From NCBI GenBank assembly GCA_963793705.1, contig CAWCBC010000026.1, forward strand, positions 7,877 to 71,876: a stretch of 64,000 bases of DNA. Reading direction: 5' to 3'. Origin of the DNA: an uncultured Acidobacteriota bacterium. GTDB taxonomy: Bacteria; Acidobacteriota; Vicinamibacteria; Vicinamibacterales; UBA2999. The translations under genes and the position numbers were made by a program. Of this stretch, positions 10,958-25,107 are shown piece after piece. Numbering within the stretch: the first letter of the stretch is position 1; each line of letters starts with the position of its first letter. The notes under the pieces are model-generated. The model did not search any database, had not been told where the DNA came from, and saw nothing but the letters and a program-made list of their open reading frames with translations.

Positions 10958-11407
10958 CTAGAGCACCCCTGGCTTGAAGGTGTACGGTGTGGTCTTGCCG
11001 TCACCGTCCCGATACAGCTTGTGGCACGCGCCGCACGTGGCGCCCTGGAACTCCTTGGCCGCTGCCTGCGCCGCCATCTGATCGGGCGCGGGTGCAGCGA
11101 GCATCTTGTCCAGCGCGTCGAGCTTGGCCAGACCGTCCTTGACGATGGCGACTGCATCGTCCTTCTTCTTGGACGCCCAGAACCCCTGCAGCGCCATGAA
11201 GTTCTCCCGCAGCGTGGCGACCTGCGTTCTCGCGTCTGCGAATGCGCCGGATCCGATGGCTTTGAACATCGGGCCGGCAGCCGAGCCATTTGATTTCATG
11301 ACCGCCGCGTGCTCCTCGGGTGTCGTCACCGGCTTTGTCTGAGCGCCGACGACGACTCCGAGCGCCACGATCATCAACGAAGTAACCCACACGAACAATC
11401 GCTGCAT
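10958..11407 (-). CDS. Cytochrome c (class II/c'-like) with C-terminal CxxCH
   Basis: Signal peptide, helical Ala/Lys-rich body, CGACHKLYR near C-terminus. Confidence 0.8.
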   Translation of the reverse strand: MQRLFVWVTSLMIVALGVVVGAQTKPVTTPEEHAAVMKSNGSAAGPMFKAIGSGAFADARTQVATLRENFMALQGFWASKKKDDAVAIVKDGLAKLDALDKMLAAPAPDQMAAQAAAKEFQGATCGACHKLYRDGDGKTTPYTFKPGVL

Positions 11408-11471
11408 ACCCCCTCCTTCGAACGTCACCAGAACGCGCGAATGTACCCGGGCCGGCGTGAAGCAATGCGAA

Positions 11472-12798
11472 CTACGGAACGGCGGCGGACAGCGCCCCGT
11501 CGAGGATGCGAATGGCTGTGTCGGCTTGCTCCTTGGTCAGCACCAGCGGCGGACAGAAGCGGATGGCATTCCGTCCGGCGCCCAGCACGAGCAGACCGCG
11601 GCGGAAGCACTCCCGGACGACGAGATCGCGTTCCGTGGTCGCGCGCTCCTTGCTCTGGCGGTCGCGCACGAGCTCGACGCCGATCATTAACCCCCGGCCG
11701 CGCACGTCGCCGATCAATTGGTGCTTGCCCATGAGGTTCTTGATGCCGGCGAGGAGGTGCGCGCCGACGTCCGCGGCGTTCTGCATGAGCTGCTCGCGTA
11801 TCAACTTGATCGTCGCCAGCGACGCCGCGCACGACAGCGGATTGCCGCCGAACGTGCTCGCATGCGTCCCGGGCGGCCAGGTCATGACGTGCGACCGGGC
11901 GATGACGACGCCGAGCGGAAGCCCGGAGGCGATGCCCTTGGCGGTCGCGACGATGTCCGGCTGGACGCCGGTGTGCTCGATCGCAAACCACTTTCCCGTG
12001 CGCCCCATCCCGGACTGCACTTCATCGACGATCAGCATCATCCCGTAGCGGGTCGCGAGCTCACGCAGCTTCTGGTGGAACACGTCCGGAGGCACGATGT
12101 AGCCGCCCTCGCCCTGGATCGGCTCGACGACGATGGCGGCGATTTCGTCGGGCGAGACGACATGCACGAGCGTCTGCTCCTCGACGAAGCGCAGACATTC
12201 CGCCGCGCAGCTGTCCGGCGTCGCGTTCACCGGACACCGGTAGCAGTTGGCGTAGGGCACGTGAAACACGCCCGGCATGAGCGGCGAGAACCCTTTTCGC
12301 TGCGCCGGCTTGCTGGCGGTCAGCGAGAGCGATCCCATCGTCCGGCCGTGAAAGGCGCCGAAGAACGCCAGCAGGTTCGGCCGCCGCATGTAATACCGCG
12401 CCAGCTTGATCGCCGCCTCGATGGCCTCGGTGCCGGAATTGGCGAAGAACGTCCGGTGCGGAGCCGGCATCGGCGCGATCTTCGACAACTCCTCGGCGAG
12501 CCGTACCTGCAGCTCGTAGTAGAAGTCGGTGCCGGACATGTGGAGGAACTTGCCCGCCTGCTCGACGACGGCCGCCACGACGTCGGGGTGCGAGTGGCCG
12601 GTGGCGGTCACGGCGATGCCCGCCGTGCAATCCAGGAAGACGTTGCCATCGACGTCTTCGACAAACGCGCCTTCGCCCCGGGCGATGACCAGCGGGTACT
12701 CGCGCGTATACGAGGGTGAGACCACGTCGGTATCGCGCGAGATGATCGCCTGAGCCTTCGGACCCGGGAAGTGATGTCTTCAGTAGCGGACCGATCAT
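11472..12798 (-). CDS. Class III PLP aminotransferase (acetylornithine/4-aminobutyrate type)
   Basis: NSGTEAIE, FHGRT, EPIQGEGG, DEVQSGMGRTG, TAKG, STFGGNP; N-terminus MIGPLL frameshifted. Confidence 0.92.
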
Positions 12799-14223
12799 CG
12801 CTTCTTCCACCGTGTGCCAGACGGATTGTCTTCGAGCAGAATGCCCCGTTCGGCGAGGTCGTTGCGAATCTTGATCGGCCGCGGCGAAGTCGCGCCGCAG
12901 CCGTGCCGCCTTGCGGTCGGCGATCAGCTGCTCGATCTCCTCCACCGGCACCGGCGTCTCTGCGTCCTCCGCCCGACGCAGGCTGATCACCCCGAGCACC
13001 CGGTCGAACTGATCGAATGCGTCGCGGACGACAGCCGCATCCGCGGCGCTGACCTGCCTGGCGTCGATGGCGGCGTTGACGTCGCGAATCAGATCGAAAA
13101 TCGCGGCGAGACCGGCGGCGGTATTGAGGTCGTCCTCGAGCGCGGCCTTGAATGATTCTCGTGCCGCCGCGACCAGCTGCTCGATCGCTGCGGACCGTGG
13201 CGGCTGTCGTCCGCTGGCGGCACATCGTCCAGCCGAGCGAGAAAGTCCACGATCCGCCGCAGCGATTCCTCCGCCTGCTCCAGCCCCACCCAGGTGAAGT
13301 TCAGCTGCTTGCGGTAGTGCGACGACAACAGCAGATACCGCAGCGACGACGCGCGCTGGTCGCGGGCGAGCACGTCGGTAAGGTTGTAGATGTTCCCGAG
13401 CGACTTCGACATCTTCTCGTTCTCGACGAAGAGATGCTCGACGTGAAACCAGAAGCGCGAGAACGTCTGCGTCGTCGCCCCCTCGGCCTGCGCGATCTCG
13501 TTCTCGTGATGCGGAAAGATCAGATCGACGCCGCCGGCGTGAATGTCGATCGGCGGCCCATCGAGCAGGCGCAGCGCCATCGCCGAACACTCGATGTGCC
13601 AGCCGGGACGGCCTGGACCGACGCCCACATCCCAGGTCGGCTCCCCGTCCTTGGACGCCTTCCACAGCACGAAGTCGCGGGCATCGTCTTTGGAGTACTC
13701 GTCGACGTCGACACGCGCGCCGGCCTGCAGCCCATCGTGGTCGAGACGGGCCAGCCGCCCGTAGGTCGCGAGCGACGCAATCTTGAAGTAGACCGACCCG
13801 TCGCGCCGGTAGGTGTGGCCGTTCCGTTCGAGCGCCAGGATCATCTCGCCCATCGCGCGGAGGTTCTGTTCTTCGGTCGCGCGGGGCATCTCCTCGGCCT
13901 GCTCGATCCCGAGTTGCGCCGCATCGTCACGAAACTTGTCGATCCACTGCTCGGTGTAGTCGCGCAACGGCATTCCCGCCTTCTGCGCGCCGGCGATCGT
14001 CTTGTCGTCAACGTCGGTGTAGTTGACGACGCCCTTCACCTCGTAGCCGCACAGGTGCTTCAAGCGTCCGCCGCAGCACGTCGACGCAGATGAACGTGCG
14101 GAAATTGCCGATGTGCCCGCGCGCGTAGACGGTCAGGCCGCAGGTGTACATCCGCACGAGATTGTCGCGGACCGGCGCAAAGGGCTCTTCCTGCCTTGTC
14201 AGCGTGTTGTACAGCCGGAGCAT
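12795..14223 (-). CDS. cysS: Cysteine--tRNA ligase (frameshifted in assembly)
   Basis: [45 protein letters not shown]. Confidence 0.97.
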
Positions 14224-14225
14224 CG

Positions 14226-14495
14226 CTAGGCGGGGTCCATCGTCAGCGTTCGACCGCCGACGATCGACCTGGATAGGCGGGCCGAGCTCGAGCGGCGACG
14301 GCGATCTCGCCAGTGCCACGCGTGCCGTTCGTGGATTCACGGAGGAGCGCGGCCGCCTGCTCGGCGAAGTCGCGGGCACGTCCTTCATCACCGCCGGCCT
14401 GACGGACGGCTTGCACGATCAGGTCATGGAGCGCCACGACGTGGCGGGCCTCGGCGCGGGAATGACAGGTTCAGCAGGAATCCCACGTCGCTCAC
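14226..14495 (-). CDS. Small hypothetical protein (boundaries uncertain)
   Basis: Coding-like stretch filling the ribF-cysS gap (core ORF 14243-14437). Confidence 0.35.
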
Positions 14496-14496
14496 A

Positions 14497-15433
14497 CTAC
14501 ACCGACAACCGGCTGAACAGGCGCTCGGCGCGCCGTTGATCGGCCTCGATCTGCGCTTTCAACGCGTCCACATCGTCGAAGCGGCGCTCGTCGCGAAGGC
14601 GAAGCACGAAGCCAAGCCGTACTGTGCGCCCGTACAGGTCGCCGGAATAGCCCAGCAGGTGCGTCTCAATCGTGGTTTCGGTCTCGCCAAACGTCGGCCG
14701 GATGCCGATGTTGGTCAGCCCCGCGCGCACGATCCCGTCGATCGTCATCGTCGTCGCGTAGACACCGTGCGGCGGCAGCAGCTCGTTTTCTGTCGTCATG
14801 TTCGCCGTGGGAAATCCGATTTCGCGACCGCGGTGGCGTCCCTCCACGATCGTCCCGTCGATGTAGTACGGGTGGCCGAGCAGCGCACCCGCCTCGTCCA
14901 GCCGACCTTCGGCCACCAGCCGCCGCACGCGCGTGCTGCTGACGACGAAGTCCTTATAACGCACCGGATCGATTTTGTCGGCGCGAAATCCGAAGCGTTG
15001 TCCCAGCGTGCGCAGGCTGGTGAAATTCCCGCTCCGGTCGTGGCCGAACAGGAAATTCGCGCCGACCCACACTTCCGAGACCCGCAGCCATTCGACGAGG
15101 ACCGTTCGCACGAACGTCTCCGGGTCCCACTGCGAGAGCTCCCGCGTGAACCGCACCACGGCCACGCACTGAATCCCCGCGCTGATGCAGCGCCTCGAGG
15201 CGCTGCGTCTTGGTCATGAGCAGCGGGGGTGCCTTGTCAGGCCGGACGATACGCGGGGGGTGCGGGTCGAAGGTCATCGCCATCGCCGCGCCGCCGTGTT
15301 CGGCGGCGCCCCGTTTCACGCGATCGAGGATCTTCTGATGTCCACGGTGCAGGCCGTCGAAGTTGCCAAGGGCCAGGACCGGGTGGACGAGCCACGATGG
15401 CCGGGCGTCGTCGGGGAAATGAATGGTCTGCAT
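14497..15433 (-). CDS. ribF: Bifunctional riboflavin kinase/FAD synthetase
   Basis: LGNFDGLHRGH, TFDPHP, VSSTRVR, GREIGFPTAN, GIRPTF, ETHL. Confidence 0.97.
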
Positions 15434-16230
15434 TCACTCCACGTCAACGGGCACGTCGAGCACGAGCCCATCATATGCCAGTTCAACGCCCGCGGGCAGG
15501 CGCGCGCTGGTCGCCGCGTGACCGAGGTCGTGGGACATGTGCGTCAGGTAGGCGCGCCGCGGCTTGATCCGGGCGATGACGTCCAGCGCTTCGGCGACGG
15601 TGAAATGCGTGGTGTGCGGTTTGTCGCGCAGCGCGTCGATGACCAGCGTCTCAACGCCATCGACGAGACGCCAGGCCTCGTCGTCCAGACGGTTGCAGTC
15701 GGTGAGGTAGGCGAACGTGCCGAAGCGGAAGCCGAGGATCGGCGCATCGCCGTGCCACAGCGGCACGGGTACGACCCGCACGCTTTCCGACGGCGAACGG
15801 ACCGTCGATGTCGTGCGCGATCGATCCGCGGAATGCCGCCGCCCATCCGCTTCACGCCGTCGAAGGCGTAGTGAAACGTGCGGCGGATGTCGTCCCACGT
15901 CGCCGGCGCCGCATAGCAGGCGACCGGGCCGCCCTGGATCCAGTTGAAGCGCCGGATATCGTCCAGCCCGAGGATGTGATCGGCGTGGCTGTGCGTGAAG
16001 AGGATCGCATCGATGCGCTCGATGCCGGCGGTGAGCGCCTGTTGCCGGAAGTCCGGCGTAGTGTCGATGAGGATCGAGGCGTGACCGGGCACATTGAGGT
16101 GGATCGACGGGCGCAGACGCGTGTCTCGCGGATCGGACGAGCGGCACACGTCGCAGGCGCAGCCGATCATGGGCACGCCGGACGAGGTCCCGGTACCGAG
16201 GAACGTGACGCGGCCGGAAACTCGGGTCAC
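15434..16230 (-). CDS. MBL-fold metallo-hydrolase (PhnP-like)
   Basis: FLGTGTSSGVP, CxCxVC, THSHADH, YLTD, THMSH. Confidence 0.92.
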
Positions 16231-16271
16231 CCTTCGACTCCGCTGGCTTCGCTGATGTCGCTCAGGGTGAC
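16226..16271. repeat. REP-like palindrome (GTCACCC...GGGTGAC type)
   Basis: gtcacccttcgactccgct...cgctcagggtgac; related copy inside mazG. Confidence 0.7.
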
Positions 16272-16289
16272 GCCGTGGATCGCGAGGCG

Positions 16290-16607
16290 TCAAGGAATGA
16301 TGATGCGCGAGGGCTCCGGAGCCGATCCCTGCTTGCTCACTTCGATGTAGCGGAGGCGCAGCTCGTAGAGGAGCTGCTCGAGCAGCTGGCGCTCTTCCGC
16401 GGTCAGGTTGCCGCGGGTCTTCTCCTCGATGAGCGCGAGGATGTCGATCATCTGCTGCGCCGCCGGCAGGTTTGCGGGAATCGTCTGGCCCGAGACCGGA
16501 TCCGGCACGTCCCCGAAATGGACCGCTGCCGTGTGGGCGAGCGACAGGACGAAGCCGAGGAATGTGACGGCCGACTCTTCCCGGTCCGGCATCTGATCGT
16601 CTGACAT
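16290..16607 (-). CDS. DUF1844 domain protein
   Basis: FLGFVLSLA, GDVPDP, IDILALIEEKTRGNL..EE. Confidence 0.9.
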   Translation of the reverse strand: MSDDQMPDREESAVTFLGFVLSLAHTAAVHFGDVPDPVSGQTIPANLPAAQQMIDILALIEEKTRGNLTAEERQLLEQLLYELRLRYIEVSKQGSAPEPSRIIIP

Positions 16608-16682
16608 CCGAACATCGTACACAGCTTCGCCGCGACTGGGAAGCGACGGCACGGCCTGGTTCTTAGCGCTCGAAGGGCCAGC

Positions 16683-17534
16683 TCAGGCCAACCGTGATCG
16701 CGCGTCCGACGTGCGTGTCGGTTCCGCCGGCATAGTGCACGTAAGAGGCGAACAGGTCGACTTTCGGCAGTGAGTACAGAGGCCGCCGGTGATGTGGAAG
16801 TTGTTGTCCTGGATCAGGCGGTCGTATTGCGACAACTGCTCGTCGTTGACGATCTCGTCCGAGCGAAGCCCGCCGTGCGAGTGCTGCCAGGAAAACACCG
16901 CCCGAGTCATCAGCCTGCGTGTCGTCAGGAGTCCGATTTCGAGTGCGGCGTTGCTCCGATTGTTCGGCAGGTCCAGGACCTTCTCGACAAGCGCGTAGGA
17001 GTAGCGAGCGGACACCGATAGCCGGTCTGAGATCCTGTCCAGCCGCTGCCCCACGTCCACGGCAAGGCGCACTTCATTCAGGTTGCGCCCAAGTACCGCC
17101 TCACCGAAGTAGTCGTAATTGTGCGTGGGCACACCAAAGGAGATCGACGGCGTGAATGCGAACGCGCCGTTGACCACGTTGTAGCGGGCCGTCGCTCCGA
17201 AATCCTGCCATCCGTGCTTCCAGCAGAAACAATCGTCAACCGCCAGCCCGAAGGGGCTTGGCTCCGGGCCCGTGTACTTCGACCCGAGGTAGGGGAGGCC
17301 GATTGAAAACGAGAAACGGTCGGTGAGCGCGTAGTCGAGGTTGAGCAACACGCCACGACTGAGGCTGTCGTAGCCGTCGAAGAGCGAGCCGTCGGTCAGT
17401 CGATGATTGGTGTTGTTGATCGCCTGATACACGACGCTGACCACGCCGATGCCAGCGGGAGGCACCCATGCCTGGGCAAAGGCCGGGCTCGCCGTGCCCA
17501 GCGCGAGGATCGCGAGCAGAGTTCGCGCCGCCAC
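16683..17534 (-). CDS. Outer-membrane/transporter-like beta-barrel protein
   Basis: Signal peptide ...AFAQAWVPPAG, amphipathic beta strands; joined to the upstream ORF by an apparent indel. Confidence 0.6.
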   Translation of the reverse strand: MAARTLLAILALGTASPAFAQAWVPPAGIGVVSVVYQAINNTNHRLTDGSLFDGYDSLSRGVLLNLDYALTDRFSFSIGLPYLGSKYTGPEPSPFGLAVDDCFCWKHGWQDFGATARYNVVNGAFAFTPSISFGVPTHNYDYFGEAVLGRNLNEVRLAVDVGQRLDRISDRLSVSARYSYALVEKVLDLPNNRSNAALEIGLLTTRRLMTRAVFSWQHSHGGLRSDEIVNDEQLSQYDRLIQDNNFHITGGLCTHCRKSTCSPLTCTMPAEPTRTSDARSRLA

Positions 17535-17539
17535 ACGAA

Positions 17540-18068
17540 TCAGACGGCCTTCGACTTGAGCAGCTTCTGTCTCAGCGGCCAGCGCATCGTCCATCGCCGC
17601 GAGGAACGCGTACGTCTTGATCGGTCCCTTGAGGACGCGCTGGTACTCCTTCTTGGCTTTCGCGATCTCAGTGCCCGTCACACCGTAGGCGACCGGTACC
17701 AGCATCGGCGCATCAGGCCCGCTGCTCTTCACGCGGCCACGCACGTCTGGACTGTCGGCAAGGTCGGCGAGGAGCACGTCCCAGCCGCCCTGGCGCAGCG
17801 CCTGATCGAGCTCATTCGCGTTTTCCACCCGGGTCACGCGGATGCCGGCCTTCTCGGTCACATCCTCCGAGACCTTCTCGAAGGCCTTCGGGATCGTCGA
17901 CGTCGCGTGCATGTACACGAGAATCGACGCTCCGTGACGCGCCTGACCCGCGCGCTGGTAGCGCGTGCCGCGGCTCGCGACCAGGAACTTGTCGCCGCAG
18001 GCAAGCAACTCACCTGAACCGATGCCGTAGATGAACAGGACCCCGACCGCGAGCAGTGTCTTGCGCAT
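17540..18068 (-). CDS. Secreted hypothetical protein
   Basis: Signal peptide, ACGDKFL; a one-base correction gives the end ...QKLLKSKAV* at 17540. Confidence 0.55.
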
Positions 18069-18159
18069 GATCCGCTCCTGGGTGTCGTGAGGGTTGTGAC
18101 TAAGCTGGACGGTAAACCTTCTCGTAAAGGGCTGTCAAGTAACAGTTCTGGGCATCAGC

Positions 18160-20555
<2,396 letters not shown>

Positions 20556-20676
20556 CGGAAGCTGGACTAGCTCCTCATGGCGTCGGCATTGTGTCCTACG
20601 ACCGAACGAAGAACAACTCCACGCAGGGCTGGATCCACTGTGCGAGTAGAATCGGCCCACTTGAAGGAGGCGACAG

Positions 20677-22843
20677 ATGAGGAACGTAATGCATCTGCGA
20701 GTCGCGGCCGTTCTTACGGCCACCGTGGTGGTTGCCGCATGGGGACTGACGGGCGCGGGCCAGGCGCCGGCGCGACGCGGTGGCGGTGGACGCCGACGAC
20801 ATCGGCGGCGTCGTGACCGGCCCGAAGGGTCCTGAAGCCGGCGTGTGGGTCATCGCCGAAACAACCGACCTGCCGACACGCCTCATCAAGAGCGTCGTCA
20901 CCGACGATCAAGGGCGGTACCTGCTTCCCGATCTGCCGAAGGCGAGCTACGTCGTGTGGGTTCGCGGCTATGGGCTGGTCGACTCCCCTAAGGTCAAGGC
21001 CGCACCCGGTCAGCAGCTGTCCTTGACCGCGGTGGCCGCACCCGACGCGAAGGCAGCGGCCCACTACTACCCCGCTCAGTACTGGCTGGCCATGCTGCAG
21101 GTGCCGCCGACCACGGATTTCCCCGGCACAGGTCCAACGGGCAACGGCATCTCGCCGAACATGCGCAGCCAGGGCGAATGGATCCGCAACATCGTCAACA
21201 CCGACGGCTGCACCGGCTGCCATCAGATGGGGAACAAGGCCACGCGCGAGATCCCGGCAAGCCTCGGCACGTTTGCCTCGTCGAGCGCGGCCTGGGAGCG
21301 CCGCGTGCAGTCCGGCCAGGCAGGCGCCGGGATGCTCGCGCGATTCACCCAGGTCGGCCGCGACCGCGCGCTGGCGATGTGGGGCGACTGGACCGACCGC
21401 ATTGCCAAAGGCGAATTGCCGGCCACTGCGCCGCCGCGTCCCCAAGGCCGAGAGCGCAACGTCGTCATCACGATGTGGGACTGGACGGATCCGAAGGCGT
21501 ACCTGCACGACGAGATCGCCTCCGACAAGCGCAACCCGACGGTGAACGCGAACGGGCCGATCTATGGCGCGCTCGAAGAGGCTGCGGACTACATGCCGGC
21601 CGTCGATCCGGTGCGCCATACGGCAACGCGGATCCCGCTGAAGGTGCGCGATCCGCAGACGCCGCGGCCCGGGCGCGCCGGCGCAGCCCTCGCCGTACTG
21701 GGCTGACGAAGCGATCTGGACGAGCCAGACGCAGCGCGCACAGCTTTGCCATGGACAGCCAGGCGCGCGTGTGGATTGCGGCGCGCATCCGTCCGAATCA
21801 GACGGCCGCGTTCTGCCGCCAGGGTTCCGACCATCCATCGGCCAAGGCGTTTCCGATCAACCAGAGCGGGCGCCAGATGCAGATGTACGACCCGAAGACG
21901 AAAGAGGTCGTCACCATCGACACCTGCTTCGGCACGCATCACCTGAACTTCGATAGCAAGGACATCCTCTGGTTCACCGGCGGCGGTCCCGTCGAAGGCT
22001 GGTTCAACACACGCATTTACCTCGAGACGAAGGACGAGAAGCTGGCGCAGGGCTGGACGCCGTTCATCCTCGATACAAACGGAAACGGCAGACGTGACGA
22101 GTACGTCGAGCCGGATCAGCCGCTCGATCCGGCGAAGGACAAACGGGTGAACGCGCCGTTCTACGGCGTCGAGCCGGCCCCCGACGGCTCGGTCTGGGGA
22201 TCGGTGCTCGGCGTGCCCGGAATGCTCGTGCGACTCACGCTGGGCTCGAATCCTCCGGCGACCGCGCTATCGGAGGTGTACGAGGTGCCGTGGAAGAATC
22301 CAGCCGCGAGAGTGGAGGGATATGCCCCGCGCGGGATGGACGTCGACAGCAACGGTGTCGTGTGGACGGTTCTGTCGAGCGGGCATTACGCCAGCTTCGA
22401 TCGCCGCAAGTGCAAGGGACCGCTGAATGGTCCCAAGGCAACGGGTCAGCACTGCCCGGAGGGCTGGGCGCTTTCTGCCTTCCCCGGCCCCAATTACAAG
22501 GGCGCGACCGAGTCAGGCAGCGCCGAGAGCGCGTACTACAACTTCATCGATCGCTTCGACATGCTGGGGATCGGCCGCAACGTACCGCTCGCCACGGGCA
22601 ACGAATCGGAATCGCTCCTCGCGCTGGTCGACGGCAAGTTCCTGACGTTCCGCGTGCCGTACCCGATGGGCTTCTACGCGAAAGGCATGGACGGCCGCAT
22701 CGACGATGCGAAGGCTGGCTGGAAGGGCAAGGGCATCTGGACGACGTTTGCGACACGCGCGCCCTTCCACATTGAGGGCGGCAAGGGAACGACCAGCAAG
22801 GTCGTGAAGTTCCAGGTACAGGCCGGATCCGCTGGCGAAGTGA
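20677..22843 (+). CDS. Secreted carboxypeptidase-regulatory-like domain plus monoheme and beta-propeller (Vgb-like) protein (frameshifted)
   Basis: AAGGAGG RBS; GVWVIAET, TDDQGRY, CTGCH, TCFGTHH, RVPYPMGFY. Confidence 0.75.
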
Positions 22844-23690
22844 CGAGGGCCGGGCGAACGGTTCGACCGGCTGGTCGACATCATGCGGACGCTGCGATCG
22901 CCCGACGGGTGTCCGTGGGACCGCGAGCAGACCCAGGCCTCGCTGCGGCCGTTCGTCCTCGAGGAAACCTACGAGGTGCTCGAGGCGATCGAGAGCGGCA
23001 GTCCGGCACACCTGTGCGAGGAGCTCGGCGACTTCCTGTTCGAAGCCGTGTTCCTCGCCCAGATCAGCCGACGAGCGCGGCGAGTTCACAATCGCCGATG
23101 CCATCGACGGCGATCTGCGACAAGCTCGTTCGGCGTCACCCGCACGTCTTTGCGCGCGAAGACGGCGATCCGTCGCTCACTCCCGGTCAGGTCATCGAGA
23201 AGTGGGAGGCGCTCAAGGCGCGCGAGCGCGAAGCCGGCCTGTCCCGAGCGAGCGGGACGGCCGGCGAGTCAGGGACCAGCCGGCGAAGACCGACCGCTCA
23301 GCGGGGTGCCGAAGACGCTCCCCTCATTGCTGCGCGCGTACGAGGTGAGCGCGCGTGCAGCGGCCGTCGGGTTCGACTGGGCGAAGGCCGGCGACGTCCT
23401 CGACAAGATCGAGGAAGAGGTCGCCGAGCTGCGGCAGGAAGTCGAGTCCGGCGCGACCGGCGATCTCTCGCGCGCCGAGGAGGAGATGGGCGACCTCCTG
23501 TTCGCGATCGCCAACCTCTCGCGCAAGCTCGGCATCGAACCCGAGGCGGCCCTGCGCCGCGCGAACGACAAGTTCACGTCGCGCTTCGACGCCGTCGAGC
23601 AGGCCTTCGCCGCCCGCAATCAGTCGATGAGTGATGCCACGCTGGAGGAGATGGAAGCGGAGTGGCAGAGAGTCAAAGGCTTCTTCGTAG
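22840..23690 (+). CDS. mazG: Nucleoside triphosphate pyrophosphohydrolase (frameshifted; stop approximate)
   Basis: GCPWDREQT, EETYE, EELGD, RRHPHVF, GFDW, EEEMGDLLF. Confidence 0.93.
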
Positions 23691-23714
23691 CAGCGTTCAC
23701 TGATCTTGACTACG

Positions 23715-23820
23715 AACCACGAAGGCACACGAAGGTCACGAAGAGAAACATTGATCTAAAGGTCTTTCTTCGCGCTCTTCGTGCTCTTCGAGGTCCACCG
23801 ACTTCGTGTGCTTCGTGGTT
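23715..23820. repeat. CACGAAG palindrome, copy P3
   Basis: aaccacgaag-gcacacgaag-gtcacgaag ... cttcgcg-ctcttcgtg ... cttcgtggtt. Confidence 0.9.
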
Positions 23821-23837
23821 TAAGCGATCGTGCGACA

Positions 23838-24942
23838 ATGCCGCGCATGTCATACGCTCGAGGCGTCCTTCTCACCGCGCTGGCCGCGCTGACGTTCATC
23901 ACACTGCTCATCACGTCGCCGTCGCTCGGTGCACAGTCGGTGCACAGGCTGGCGCACGGGGCGGCGCACAGGCGGGAGCACAGGCCCCACCGGCACAGCC
24001 CACGCGCACCGTGCAGGACGGCGTCTTCAGCGACGCGCAGGCTACGCGCGGTCAGGCGCTCTACGCGCAGCGCTGCGCCGGCTGCCATGGCCCTGCGCTG
24101 GCGGGCGCGTCAGCGCCGGCGCTGACCGGCGATCCGTTCACGAACAAGTTCCGGATGGAGCCGCTCTCGGCGCTCTTCATCCAGATTCGCTACGCGATGC
24201 CGCCAGTGCCAGTGGCTCCAACGCCGGCGGCTGCAGCACCGCGGGCCCGGCGCCGGCCGGGGGGGGTGACGTCGCAAGTGCCGCCTGCCAGCCCCAGCTG
24301 ACGAACGACCAGGCTGCGGATCTGGTTGCGCACATTCTCAAGAGCAACGGCTTCCCTGCCGGCAAAACCGACTTCGCGTCGGCCGATGCGGTCAACAGCC
24401 AGATCGCGTGGCCCGCCGGTCGCGGCGTCGGGGCAGGCAGCGCGCCGGCGTCATCCTGGTATGCGCCCACGGGCAATCTCGCCCAGTTGATGCGCGGCGT
24501 CTTCTTCCACAACTCGAATCTGATCTTCTCAATCCAGGAAATGGAAGCGAAAGACCTGCCGCCGAAGCCGCCGGACTCACGACCAGACGGGCTGACGACG
24601 TTCGATTGGGGTCTGATGATTTACACGGGCTGGAGGGCGGTCGAACAGTCCGCCACCGCGCTCGCCGATGCCTCGTCTCTGATGATGCTGCCGGGGCTTC
24701 GCTGCGAAAACGGGCGGGCCGCTCCGGTCACCGAGCCGGACTGGATCAGGTTCACCGATCGGATGGTCTCGGTGGCCAGGCGGGCGTATCGGCTGGCGCA
24801 GACCAAGAACAAGGAAGCCCTCTCGGAATACACCCTGGATCTTTCCAATGCCTGCAACGCGTGCCATCTGACGTATCGCGACGTCGGCGGCCGCGGCCGC
24901 GGCGGTGCAGGGAACACCGCCGGACGCTGCATGCATCGGTGA
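23838..24942 (+). CDS. Diheme cytochrome c (class I N-domain plus c'-like C-domain), copy A (frameshifted)
   Basis: DGVFSDAQATRG, CAGCHG, distal Met in YAMP, CNACH. Confidence 0.85.
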
Positions 24943-24970
24943 TCGCGTCGCGGCAGTCTTCACCGGTCCT

Positions 24971-25093
24971 TAACCGCGAAGACCACGAAGGACGAACCAG
25001 TCAACGGCAAGGACGCGAAGATCCTTTGTAAAAGGAATTCTTCTTCGTGTTCTTCGCTGTGCTTCGGTGCCGGCTTCGTGTTCTTCGTGGTTA
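24971..25093. repeat. CACGAAG palindrome, copy P4
   Basis: taaccgcgaag-accacgaag ... cttcgtg-ttcttcgtggtta. Confidence 0.9.
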
Positions 25094-25107
25094 AGCGTCG
25101 TGCGACA

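Noticed and set aside
16683-18068. 461-aa fusion ORF
   Set aside because: A one-base correction restores a stop at 17540 and a second signal peptide follows, so these are two genes.
21178-24301. Apparent fusions of the propeller protein, MazG and cytochrome (818-aa and 472-aa ORFs)
   Set aside because: Read-through is caused by indels near the stops. The 472-aa ORF runs through palindrome P3 and gives non-protein-like sequence.
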